NCBI GenBank assembly: GCA_965228855.1
Contig: CBDDIJ010000003.1
Span: forward strand, 2,848,001 to 2,912,000
Source: Candidatus Obscuribacterales bacterium
GTDB taxonomy: Bacteria > Cyanobacteriota > Vampirovibrionia > Obscuribacterales > Obscuribacteraceae
Reading direction: 5' to 3'
DNA length: 64,000 bases
Position 1 is the first letter of the stretch; every line of letters starts with the position of its first letter. The position numbers and the translations under genes are program-made. Below, in pieces: positions 10,733 to 19,891 of the stretch. Under the pieces are notes generated by a model. The model searched no databases. It was given only the letters and a program-made list of their open reading frames with translations, and was not told where the DNA came from.

Positions 10733-11296
10733 ATGAAGACGACGTCCCTTAAAGTACTCCATCTCGGATGCCTCGCGGCGGCGCTCGCCACTGCGAGCGG
10801 TATCATGTATGGTACATCTCGTCCAATAGCACCGCGCCAGATATCCTGGGTTGAACTACAGAGCCTGATGGACAAGCGGAATGCTCGCAACATAAAGAAA
10901 ATAGTTTGTCGGTGCAAGTTTTTTCCAACTCCGGATACAAACAGTCTTGCAATCCAATTAAAAAACAGCGAGTGCGAACTCATAGTCTCCTCAAGCGAAA
11001 TGCCGGTGGCTCTGATAGGAACATCAGGTTGCGGCGCCCTCGGTCATGAGCGAAGTCAGGTCAACAAGAGGCTAATCTGGGTTTTCCAGCAAGCACTTGC
11101 GAACGGTATCGACCTTGAACTAAAAGCGCACGCACCAGTAAATGGAAATAAATATCTGACTTCGAGCTTGATTTACAGTGGAAAGCCTACGCCCGAGTAC
11201 CCGTATGGATTACTCGTAGCTGGTCCTCGAAAAGGTGAAGCACCGTGGCTTGTGGATAAGCCAAGCGCATCACGAAAACCCTCTTCAACCATGTGA
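10733..11296 (+). CDS. Hypothetical exported or membrane-anchored protein
   Basis: 187-aa ORF with N-terminal hydrophobic segment. Confidence 0.55.
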   Translation: MKTTSLKVLHLGCLAAALATASGIMYGTSRPIAPRQISWVELQSLMDKRNARNIKKIVCRCKFFPTPDTNSLAIQLKNSECELIVSSSEMPVALIGTSGCGALGHERSQVNKRLIWVFQQALANGIDLELKAHAPVNGNKYLTSSLIYSGKPTPEYPYGLLVAGPRKGEAPWLVDKPSASRKPSSTM

Positions 11297-11428
11297 CCGG
11301 GCATACACAATTACTATCACGCCGGCGAAATGTTCGTGCCTTTTAAGAGTGGACTTTCGGAAGAAACAGAGCCGGAGTCACTTTGAAGTGCAGCCCGAGT
11401 TTGACGCAATGCTCTTTGACTACGACTG

Positions 11429-11998
11429 TCAATCGGCCGCTTGCTCAAGAACTCGATCAAGCAAATCAGAAATTCCAAGCTCTTTTGCCCTGTCTTGCAT
11501 ATACTCCAGGTTCAAGTTAGCTCCCTGTAATTTGATCACGCCACTAATATCGTTCCACTGACGATCTGATACTTCTTCTCCTGCTCTGTACCATTCGAGT
11601 TTGGCAATAATTGTATCTTCCGGACTGGCAAAGAATGCCATGTCATCGTTTGAGACTGCGATCTGTACTCTATTCGAAAGTTGCATTTGATCGAAATTTC
11701 GATTCCTTGGAATGAAAATGTCTACCTTAAAACCAGTCGAGTAATCGATGAGATTGAAACTAGAACATCGACTGATTGCCTGGAGAGCGGATTCCTTCGA
11801 CACGTAGAAATCCGCCTCCAGAGCTGCTACGAATTCGTCTACGTGATCGGTTTTCAGGTCTGCAGGAATATCAGCATTGGCCGTAGCCCTGGCCAGACCA
11901 TGAGTTGAGCTAGCAAGCGATCCTCCGATCAAATATGGAACTTCCAGACGCTCTAAAACCCGAACAACCTTAAGTGCGACTGAGATATCGTCATTCAT
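11429..11998 (-). CDS. Nucleotidyltransferase-superfamily protein (putative TA component)
   Basis: PYLIGGSLASSTHGLARATANAD NTase loop, KVDIF, EDTIIAKLEW..SDRQWND; overlaps the upstream ORF by 8 nt. Confidence 0.75.
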   Translation of the reverse strand: MNDDISVALKVVRVLERLEVPYLIGGSLASSTHGLARATANADIPADLKTDHVDEFVAALEADFYVSKESALQAISRCSSFNLIDYSTGFKVDIFIPRNRNFDQMQLSNRVQIAVSNDDMAFFASPEDTIIAKLEWYRAGEEVSDRQWNDISGVIKLQGANLNLEYMQDRAKELGISDLLDRVLEQAAD

Positions 11999-12356
11999 CG
12001 AGCAATCGTTTTTCTAGTGGGAGTTCCTCACTGATTGAATAATTTGGAGGACCGTATACTGTCTCCGCGAGAGCCTCACCTAAAACTTGATCCATTAGTT
12101 TGCGGCGACACTGCTCTTCATTAAGCTCCGGATGTCTAAGCGCAATTCCGCTCATCATGAGCGTCCGCATCGTATCATTCATATTGCTGACCATCTTCAG
12201 TTTCTCGGCAGGCGATTTTTTGCGCAATATTGCTAATTGCACCTGTTCTGCTTCGCGACTGGTATCACTAAGTGGCTTGACTTCGTGTGGTTTCTTTTTC
12301 GACAGTGCCAATTGTCTCAGGCTCATCACATCAAATTCAGGTAGTATCGCGTTCAA
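11991..12356 (-). CDS. Small partner protein of the NTase (putative antitoxin)
   Basis: SDTSREAEQVQLAILRKKSPAEKL..GIALRHPE pattern recalled from genes preceding this NTase type; translationally coupled; start uncertain. Confidence 0.65.
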   Translation of the reverse strand: MNAILPEFDVMSLRQLALSKKKPHEVKPLSDTSREAEQVQLAILRKKSPAEKLKMVSNMNDTMRTLMMSGIALRHPELNEEQCRRKLMDQVLGEALAETVYGPPNYSISEELPLEKRLLDE

Positions 12357-12627
12357 AGCTCCATCTTACCAGACAGAGCCCGTCTAAAACCAAAACGTTC
12401 CCAGACAGCCGTCAACGGGCTTCTCCGGAACGGAAAGTTGTTTTCCTCGGCAAGAAAGCAGGCTTGTTCAGTAACCGCTTAGAATCTCTTCTCTCTATGT
12501 GCGGTCTTTAAACAACTACCGAAATTAGCTGTCGTCTCGGTCTTGGCTGGAATAGGCATTTTGAAAGCATGGGTACAACTATTAAAGACTCCCGCGATCG
12601 AGAACCTAATGTTAGAGGTAGATACTC

Positions 12628-13710
12628 ATGCAAACACTTTCGAAGAAACTGCCGAAGCACTGGAATTTGACCGGCACCAATAGCGCTCGCTTCGAGGTTT
12701 GCCTCGATCAAACCACCATGCATGACGGCAAACCGAGTCTGCTCATCCAGTCAAAAACCGCCGGCGAAGAAGACTATGCATATTTCTATCAGCTGACCCA
12801 TTGTACTGAGTGGATTGGGAAGAGACTGCGTGTTAGTGCATATTTCAAGACAGAAGCGGTAGAGGGTCATGCAGTCATATCTATAAACTTGCAGACACAA
12901 TCTGGAGAAGTTGTCGTATACGACGCCATGATCGATCGATCTCTGAAAGGTGATAATGACTGGTGCCGGGTTGAAACTGTTTTTGATGTCCCGGTAGACT
13001 GCCGTTTTCTCTACTTTGGTCCGGCGCTCTGGGGGCGTGGCAAAATGTGGGTTGCCGATTTTACTGTCGAGCCGGTCGCTCGAAGTGTGAGGCGCACGGA
13101 CAACCATGGTACTAATGCGCTGCTGGCTCTCCATCCAATAAATCTGGATTTTGGCGACGGCCTACCGCCTTCAGCGAAAAGCACTACTTTTGAAACCGCT
13201 CATGGTTGGAGGTACGATGATGCAGACTCTGCATTATACGAATACAAACTGATACCGGATGCTTTTAAAGGAAAACCGGCGATAACCATTCGCTCAAAAA
13301 CACATCTTGAGCCGCTCATCGACGACTCCAGCCCCAATTGCGGTTATGTCACTCAAACATTTTGCGCATTGCCATACAGGGGCAAGAAAATCAAGCTTTC
13401 TGCCCAAATCAAGACTGAAGACTGCAACGACATGAGTGGGTTAGTTTTGATGGTACTGGGGCCATTTTGTAAATGGACGTCGATAGCGACTATGTTCAAC
13501 GACTGTCTTTCCGGCACAAGCGACTGGCAGAAAATTAAAAGAGTACTGAACGTGCCCGAAACCGCCTATGGCATTAGCATTTGGCTGCAATTAAATGGCG
13601 GCGGTAAGAGCTATTACAGCGACGTCAAAGTAGAAGAAGCGGCGGCGAGTGAGCCAGTTACGGATAAAGGTCCCGGACTGAACAATCTCGATTTCCTTGA
13701 GACTGAGTGA
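12628..13710 (+). CDS. Protein with two tandem galactose-binding-like (CBM-like) jelly-roll domains
   Basis: Two internal repeats GK(R/K)xxxSAxxKTE...GxxDW..V.DVP/NVP...GxG..W/Y.D..VE, each ending in NLDF; RBS GAGGT. Confidence 0.7.
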   Translation: MQTLSKKLPKHWNLTGTNSARFEVCLDQTTMHDGKPSLLIQSKTAGEEDYAYFYQLTHCTEWIGKRLRVSAYFKTEAVEGHAVISINLQTQSGEVVVYDAMIDRSLKGDNDWCRVETVFDVPVDCRFLYFGPALWGRGKMWVADFTVEPVARSVRRTDNHGTNALLALHPINLDFGDGLPPSAKSTTFETAHGWRYDDADSALYEYKLIPDAFKGKPAITIRSKTHLEPLIDDSSPNCGYVTQTFCALPYRGKKIKLSAQIKTEDCNDMSGLVLMVLGPFCKWTSIATMFNDCLSGTSDWQKIKRVLNVPETAYGISIWLQLNGGGKSYYSDVKVEEAAASEPVTDKGPGLNNLDFLETE

Positions 13711-13978
13711 AGGACGCAACATAGGCATATTAATCCACGATGCCGTTTGGATGGGTGTGACATAACGGCGCATAACACCTCGTAGATAAACTGACGTGGA
13801 CGTGCCGCGGGAGCGCCACCTGGCAGCCGGGTCCCAACTGCCTACACAGTGGCACCGAATCTGGTGGCACCCGTGATGTCTTAGACATAGTACAACTATT
13901 CACAATTCCGAAGTAATACGTGAACTTCGCATAAACTTCTCAGGTAGCTTTTATTGCAACCATGGGTGACGTAAGTTG

Positions 13979-14006
13979 GGTTTCGCATGGCGTATAATGC
14001 GAAACC
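13979..14006 (+). promoter_or_regulatory. Palindromic operator overlapping a TATAAT -10 box
   Basis: GGTTTCGCAT-ggcgtata-ATGCGAAACC; TATAAT at 13993-13998; core conserved in copy 2. Confidence 0.6.
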
Positions 14007-14033
14007 GTTCGCACCGCTCCGGAGATATAAAGT

Positions 14034-14744
14034 ATGCGCGAGGTTCAAGTCGCTAAACTCGAGTCCGTTCATGGCACGCAGCAGTCGCCCATTAACATCA
14101 CGGCGCGCGAGGCGTTCTCTGTTGCAGACCAAATTTCAGGAACCGGCTACGACCAGAACTCATTCAAAGGACACGTAGTTGAGAACGCAGAGCACCACTA
14201 CTTCGAACTTTCCGAACGCAATAACAAGAAGTTGCCATCAGTTGAATTTCGCTCGACGCGCGCTGTCTTGAAGAGCATCCACTTCCACGCGCCCAGTGAG
14301 CACCAACTCGAAGGCAACGAATACGACGCGGAATTTCACTTCGTGCACGACATCGTTTCGAAAGAGGTCACGGGAAACGCACACGTCCAGGAGCCGTCAA
14401 CAAAACTGGTGATCGGCGTCTTCGCCAACGCCGTCAAGAGCGCGGAAGAAATCGCATCATTTTGCAACTCGCTCAAAGTGCTCAAAGAAACCGGCAAACC
14501 ATGCCCGAAGGAATGCGAGTTTCCCGCAAAAATTCTCAACGACATTCCATCAAAATTTGGAAGCTTCTTCCATTATCGTGGCTCACTCACCAGCGGCGAG
14601 CATCTCGAAATTGTTTCCTGGATCGTTTTGAAAGAGGCGATCGGAGTTTCGTCAGATCTCTTGGAAGAAATTGAGTCGCTCGACCAACCAACGCGCGAAC
14701 TGCAATTATTGAACCGCAGAATCCTTTTGGTAAGCGGGACGTAG
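14034..14744 (+). CDS. cah: Alpha-class carbonic anhydrase, copy 1
   Basis: QQSPINI, Zn ligands IHFH and EFHFVH, SEH, YRGSLT, C-terminal RELQLLNRR. Confidence 0.88.
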   Translation: MREVQVAKLESVHGTQQSPINITAREAFSVADQISGTGYDQNSFKGHVVENAEHHYFELSERNNKKLPSVEFRSTRAVLKSIHFHAPSEHQLEGNEYDAEFHFVHDIVSKEVTGNAHVQEPSTKLVIGVFANAVKSAEEIASFCNSLKVLKETGKPCPKECEFPAKILNDIPSKFGSFFHYRGSLTSGEHLEIVSWIVLKEAIGVSSDLLEEIESLDQPTRELQLLNRRILLVSGT

Positions 14745-15006
14745 CCCTAAGTGCGAGCCCCGCGTTCTCTTGTTCTGCTAGTGCGCAGCTGGATTTATCA
14801 ATTTCGGTCAAGCAATCCAAGAAACTCATGGTACTAGCCTCCCGCCATTCTCATAGCTTTGCCACTGCTGGGAGAACATTGTCATTTCCCAATCTTTGCG
14901 GTGGCAATTCATGTTATGCATTTTGCCGTTTCACTTGCGCTATTGGACATTATTGGCTATAATTGGCTGTTATTGGTCAAACAATTGGCTAGGGAGATTT
15001 TGACCG

Positions 15007-16062
15007 TTGAGACTGGAACGTTTTCGACCCACTCTCGAAATTTTGCGCCTGGTTGCAGAACTGGACGAGTTTAAAGGAGCCTGGCGATCTTTATCCAACA
15101 TATCACCTGAACGACTGGCCGCCCTGAAACACATTGCCACCATTGAAAGCATTGGTTCGTCAACGCGAATCGAAGGGGCAGCGCTTTCCGATGAGCAAGT
15201 TGAAGCGCTTCTGTCCGGCATCCAGAGGACATCTTTCCGGTCAAGAGACGAACAGGAAGTGGCTGGTTATTCAGATGTAATGGATACCGTCTTTGAGAGC
15301 TGGCCACAAATTCCTCTAACTGAGAATCACATTAAGCAATTGCATCGAGATCTATTGAAGTACAGTCGCAAGGACGATCGACATAGAGGCAACTACAAGA
15401 CATTACCAAACAACGTTGAAGCCTTCGGACCAAACGGTGAGAGCCTGGGCGTGGTGTTCAAAACGGCAACGCCCTTCGATACGCCGTACAAAATGACGGA
15501 AATTATCTCGTGGACTAACGAGATGCTTGATGCCGGCGCAGTGCATCCGCTTTTGGTTACAGCGGCATTCGTAGCAGTTTTTCTTGCAGTTCATCCGTTC
15601 CAAGATGGAAATGGCCGCCTTTCGCGTGTTCTCACTACGCTAATGCTGCTCAAGAAAGGCTATGCCTATGCGCCATACAGTTCGTTGGAAAGTGTTATTG
15701 AGTCGAATAAGGAGTCGTATTACCTCGCACTTAGAAGAACTCAAGCGACGCTGGAATCAGACAAGCCTGATTGGGATCCGTGGTTTCACTTCTTTCTGCA
15801 GGCGATGCAAAAACAAAAGGCAAACCTGCAACTAAAACTTTCGAGAGAACGTATTTTCGAAGGCGAGATGCCAGCGCTTTCTGTGCGAATTTTAGAGCTT
15901 GTACGCGAGCACGGGCGTGTGAAGACTTCCGATATTGAAAATCTAACCGGTGAAAGCCGAAGCACCATCAAGGTTCGCCTTAACGAACTGGTTCAGCGAA
16001 GACTATTGGCACGCTTTGGCAAGGGACCTGGAACGTGGTATGCGCTTGCGAAAGAGACGTGA
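15007..16062 (+). CDS. Fic-family protein (class II) with C-terminal HTH
   Basis: Canonical HPFQDGNGRLSR; N-terminal inhibitory motif STRIEG; C-terminal winged-HTH-like segment. Confidence 0.93.
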   Translation: MRLERFRPTLEILRLVAELDEFKGAWRSLSNISPERLAALKHIATIESIGSSTRIEGAALSDEQVEALLSGIQRTSFRSRDEQEVAGYSDVMDTVFESWPQIPLTENHIKQLHRDLLKYSRKDDRHRGNYKTLPNNVEAFGPNGESLGVVFKTATPFDTPYKMTEIISWTNEMLDAGAVHPLLVTAAFVAVFLAVHPFQDGNGRLSRVLTTLMLLKKGYAYAPYSSLESVIESNKESYYLALRRTQATLESDKPDWDPWFHFFLQAMQKQKANLQLKLSRERIFEGEMPALSVRILELVREHGRVKTSDIENLTGESRSTIKVRLNELVQRRLLARFGKGPGTWYALAKET

Positions 16063-16108
16063 CTTTTAGTTGCAAGTGCGCTCACCGGACAAATGAGAGC
16101 AGCGCTCG

Positions 16109-16270
16109 CTGGACCATTCATGAGGGAGACGAGGTGACTGCCGAAGGACAAGTCGTTTGGGACGACAAGCAAAAAGGTTTTGTACTGAATGCGCCATCAT
16201 TGATGGTGGCACCACTCAGCGCCGGGCTGATTAAACTTCGCGTTAAAAACGGCCCGGAAACTTTTTAACT
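16109..16270 (+). repeat. Direct repeat B, copy 1: orphan 3' tail of the 21893-22681 gene
   Basis: 162 bp near-identical to 22522-22683, encoding WTIHEGDEVTAEGQ...KNGPETF*. Confidence 0.95.
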
Positions 16271-16391
16271 TGCGCAAAAAAACTTTTCGTATACGGTTTG
16301 GCGGACAGACCAGACATCCGGCAACGCTCAACACTCGGTAGCAATGCGCATTCCATGCTAAGCTGGTTCCTAGTCCTGTGTGGTAATTGCA

Positions 16392-17078
16392 ATGCTCAAA
16401 ACGGTCGCAATTCGACAGTTTCTTCACGTAAGCCTACGCAGCGCTCTTGTCCTCGCCTGCTGTTTTTTCCTCAGCGAATCGCACGCGTCAAGCAACGAAT
16501 CGGTCCCGAGCAAAAACGCAGACACGCCGAAGAATGAAGTAAACGACCCAAAGTTTCACAAACAACTTCTACAAATTGCGGCCGAGTATCAGGGTTACAG
16601 CAAGGTCGACGATATGACGCGCTGGGCTCCGACGTTGTGCATTATGCCACCACCGCCGAAGGCACGTCTAAGCAAAAGTAAAGACTCGGGAACTCACGGA
16701 AAAAAGCTTTATTACTTGTTCGCGAAGCATCGCAACGAGTATATGGAAAACAAAACTGATGTCGCTGGCCAAGTGGTTGTTAAGGAATCGTGGGGTGCTC
16801 CTTCAACGGAAGCACTAAAAGCAAACATAGATAAAAGCGCAGCAAAAGCCACTGCCAAAGAAACAACCTCTGCATTCACAACAGATGTTTTGGGAGCGAA
16901 AAGCGGTTTATACATCATGTACCGCGCCGATGCCAAGTCACCAGACACTGATGATGGCTGGATTTACGGAACCGTCACTGCCGACGGCAAAACTGTCACT
17001 TCCGCCGGACGCGTGCAATCGTGCATGAGCTGCCACATTAGCGCACCACATGGGCGATTATTCGGTCTACAGCACTGA
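16392..17078 (+). CDS. Exported c-type cytochrome, cytochrome P460/c'-beta-like
   Basis: Signal peptide; GQVVVKES, GLYIMYR, DGWIYG and C-terminal CMSCH heme motif. Confidence 0.7.
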   Translation: MLKTVAIRQFLHVSLRSALVLACCFFLSESHASSNESVPSKNADTPKNEVNDPKFHKQLLQIAAEYQGYSKVDDMTRWAPTLCIMPPPPKARLSKSKDSGTHGKKLYYLFAKHRNEYMENKTDVAGQVVVKESWGAPSTEALKANIDKSAAKATAKETTSAFTTDVLGAKSGLYIMYRADAKSPDTDDGWIYGTVTADGKTVTSAGRVQSCMSCHISAPHGRLFGLQH

Positions 17079-17091
17079 ACGGAATACGCGC

Positions 17092-17345
17092 ATGAATCTA
17101 TACGCTTGCATCTTTTCTATCATCGCTTTTTCTGGGCTATCATTTAGCCCGGACACTTGCCCGGGAGACCCGGTTGGTCTGTCAGATCTTAAGGGACGCG
17201 AATTAACTCCGGCAAAATATTCAAGCATTCGGCACTTTGGGCATGGTTTATACTTTGCGCGCTCCATCAACGCAGAGAATAAATATTTCCTAGGCGATGA
17301 GCGGTTTCTTCTCAATGGCAGGGGGCGCGAATTCAAAATACGGTG
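17092..17345 (+). pseudogene. N-terminal remnant of an exported, possibly WG-repeat, protein truncated by the convergent gene
   Basis: Signal-like N-terminus then GLSDLKGRELTPAKYSSIRHFGHGLY, resembling a WG-repeat unit; frame runs into the antisense of 17355-18389. Confidence 0.45.
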
Positions 17346-17354
17346 CCAGCCGAT

Positions 17355-18389
17355 TCAACATTTCACGAGCCTCCTCGGCTTCGGATGGAATTCGAACTGT
17401 CCATTCGCCCCGGTTAGATGAGAAAGGATAGCCGCTGTCTTGAGGATACGGTTGGCGACGGAACGCGCTCTCGTATCGGACGAGTGCATTACGGCTCTAA
17501 GTGGTTTGATCGCTTGCACCGCATACGGTACCGAGAACTCGGACGTAAATACCCAGTTGCCGTGTTCAAGATCGCTCTTGACGATATTTCGGTGCATTAA
17601 GCATTCAACCGGATTCACATCGGAGTATCCGTTCACATCACCCTGACCAACCAATAAGTGGCGTCCGGGTGCCAGAGTGAAGCTTCTGTCGCCGGTTTCC
17701 ACCGTGATGCTGCGCTTATGCGTATCGTGAAGGTCATATACAGCAAGCTGTTGCTCTGTGAGGACGAGGAACGCAACTGAGCCGGCACCAATCCTAACTG
17801 TGCCTTTCGGTGTCTCAACTGTAGTGTCACTAGATGGAACAAAAATCCCACGGCCCTGTTCGAAGGTCATTTTGGGACGGCAGGCACGCGATACATATCC
17901 TCCTTCGAATCCACATAGCGAGCCACTCTCACTACAGACGTCCGCATCAGTTTCGACTTGAAGCGGTGTCGCAGGTTTGATAAGCGAATCGTCCCCAGCT
18001 GAGCGATTAGCCATTTGACAATTTAGTTCAGCAGTCGCCAGATTTGTGAACTGATTCGACAGCATTTGATTGCTGTCACTGATGGAATTTGGCAGAGACA
18101 GAAGGTTTAAAGCCTTAACTTCATCAGCCACGCTGGCACGAGGAAGTGATATTGCCTCCTGGAAATTGCCTTTGCTGGACGAAGCAACTTCAGGTGCAGC
18201 AGTTATGACCTCGCTGCTTTCCATAACTGGAGGGTCGGCTGTGATTGTCACGTTGGAGCCGATAACTGCATTTTTCTTGGAAAACGCATTCGAGAATGTC
18301 ACGTCGGCACCCTTAGCTGTAATTGTGATGGGACCGGTCTTTGCCTCCCACTTCTTTTTGCCCCAATACACCACTCGTGGCATCGGCAT
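17355..18389 (-). CDS. Hypothetical protein with FecR-like beta-rich C-terminal domain
   Basis: 344-aa ORF; GIFVPSSDTTVETPKGTVRIGAGSVAFL..AVYDLHD..LAPG; may be the C-terminal part of a larger adhesin-like gene. Confidence 0.6.
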   Translation of the reverse strand: MPMPRVVYWGKKKWEAKTGPITITAKGADVTFSNAFSKKNAVIGSNVTITADPPVMESSEVITAAPEVASSSKGNFQEAISLPRASVADEVKALNLLSLPNSISDSNQMLSNQFTNLATAELNCQMANRSAGDDSLIKPATPLQVETDADVCSESGSLCGFEGGYVSRACRPKMTFEQGRGIFVPSSDTTVETPKGTVRIGAGSVAFLVLTEQQLAVYDLHDTHKRSITVETGDRSFTLAPGRHLLVGQGDVNGYSDVNPVECLMHRNIVKSDLEHGNWVFTSEFSVPYAVQAIKPLRAVMHSSDTRARSVANRILKTAAILSHLTGANGQFEFHPKPRRLVKC

Positions 18390-18940
18390 TTAGGATGGTT
18401 TTTCAATCACCGGCAACTGCTGGAAGCACGTTGAACAGCAAGCGTTTAAAGCAAAACAGACAACCGGGATCCACCACTGGAGAACTCAATCCTGAGGATG
18501 ATTTTTACAAGAATGCAGAAAAAAGTTTGACCATCATGAGTTATTTGGTTTCAGCTCTTCTCCGACCCTCATTCGATTAGCGCTGACCACCACAACAGCA
18601 GTCATCGCCCGCAGCACAAGCGAGCGCCCGATCAACGGCAGTCGGTCAAATGCTGACATGATAGACGTCACGGCTCTAGGAGCGATGCATGGTGCCGCTC
18701 TCAGGGTTTTACCGCGATCAGATGACCCGTGTTCTCTCGCGTTTTACCGCACCGGAGAAGTTTCGAGCGGCGAATTGCGTTACGAATACTCGATGCCGCG
18801 GGAAGTGATGTCGGCGACCAATGAGAAAAGAGCGAATGGGCGATCAACGGATATTTAAACTCGCCAGGGTTCGTGATTTTGGTGAAACGTTTAACGTCTT
18901 CTTCCTACGGGGCAGATAGTCACTGTTTAAATTTTTATGG

Positions 18941-19879
18941 ATGGCAGAACGCTTGAAAAATATTCGAAATACGATCAGCTTCATGCTGGCTGTTGGGGCG
19001 TTGAATGTTTCCGCACTAACGGCTCTGGCGGCTGAGGAGGATGCGGCGACATCTCAAAAAAACTCTGAGGTCTCTTCAGAAAACAAGAATCCGTTGAAGG
19101 CTGAATTCACCGAACAAGCCAGAAACTACGAAAAGTTATTCGCTGACGGCAATGCCGAAGCCCTCGCAGATCTCTGGACCAGCGACGGACAGCTTGAAAC
19201 TAGTTATGGTCAAGTTTGTCGCGGCAAACAGCAATTAAAGGACTATTTCGCTCGGAATTTTGCAAAATTCGGCAAGCAACCCTTGAGGGTCACTATAACT
19301 AGCCTGGAGAGTCCGGCTGCAGGAGTCGTGATGGAGAAGGGCACTACTTCGATTGGCAGTACCTCACCATCCGGCAGGTACACCGCTCTCCACGTCAAAA
19401 AGGACAACGGTTGGAAAATGTCCTGGGTAATGGAATCAGCATTTCAAGACCGCGACATTACCAGTGTAAAAGCACTTGGCTGGCTTTCCGGTAAATGGAA
19501 ATCGGCGCCGTTAAAAGGTGACACCGTCGAAATCACAGCGAAGTGGATCGAGAATGGCAGCTTTTTAGAGTGCACCACTTACGATACCGAGCTGAAGTCT
19601 GAGGTCAAGCAGATAATCGGTTACAGCCCTCTTCTGGGGACGCTTGTCTCCTGGCACTTCGCACCTGGCGGTTTTGGTCAGGGCGAGTGGTCGCGACTAC
19701 CCGACGGATGGAGACAGCAATCTAACGGAGTCTCGCAAAACGGTACAAGAACGAGTGCAACCTACACACTCAAGCAGAGATCAAAAGACAGCTTTACCTG
19801 GCAGTCTACTCATCGATCGATCAACGGTGTCAGTATCCCAGACTCGGCAATTCTGGTACTCAACAGAGTGAGCGAATAA
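18941..19879 (+). CDS. Exported SnoaL/NTF2-like (SgcJ/EcaC, DUF4440) domain protein with C-terminal beta domain
   Basis: Signal peptide; YEKLFADGNAEALADLWTSDG..GRYTALHVKKDNGWK; LGWLSGKW second domain. Confidence 0.75.
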   Translation: MAERLKNIRNTISFMLAVGALNVSALTALAAEEDAATSQKNSEVSSENKNPLKAEFTEQARNYEKLFADGNAEALADLWTSDGQLETSYGQVCRGKQQLKDYFARNFAKFGKQPLRVTITSLESPAAGVVMEKGTTSIGSTSPSGRYTALHVKKDNGWKMSWVMESAFQDRDITSVKALGWLSGKWKSAPLKGDTVEITAKWIENGSFLECTTYDTELKSEVKQIIGYSPLLGTLVSWHFAPGGFGQGEWSRLPDGWRQQSNGVSQNGTRTSATYTLKQRSKDSFTWQSTHRSINGVSIPDSAILVLNRVSE

Positions 19880-19891
19880 AAGAGGCTTTTC

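Larger units (their letters stand above)
13964..14744 (+). repeat. Direct repeat A, copy 1 (promoter plus carbonic anhydrase gene)
   Basis: Near-identical to 21100-21885. Confidence 0.95.

Noticed and set aside
13740..13880. GC-rich short inverted repeats suggesting an ncRNA
   Set aside because: Stems are only 5-6 bp and match no RNA family I recognise.
16035..16268. 77-aa ORF as an independent gene
   Set aside because: It is the duplicated tail of gene X joined to unrelated sequence overlapping the Fic gene end.
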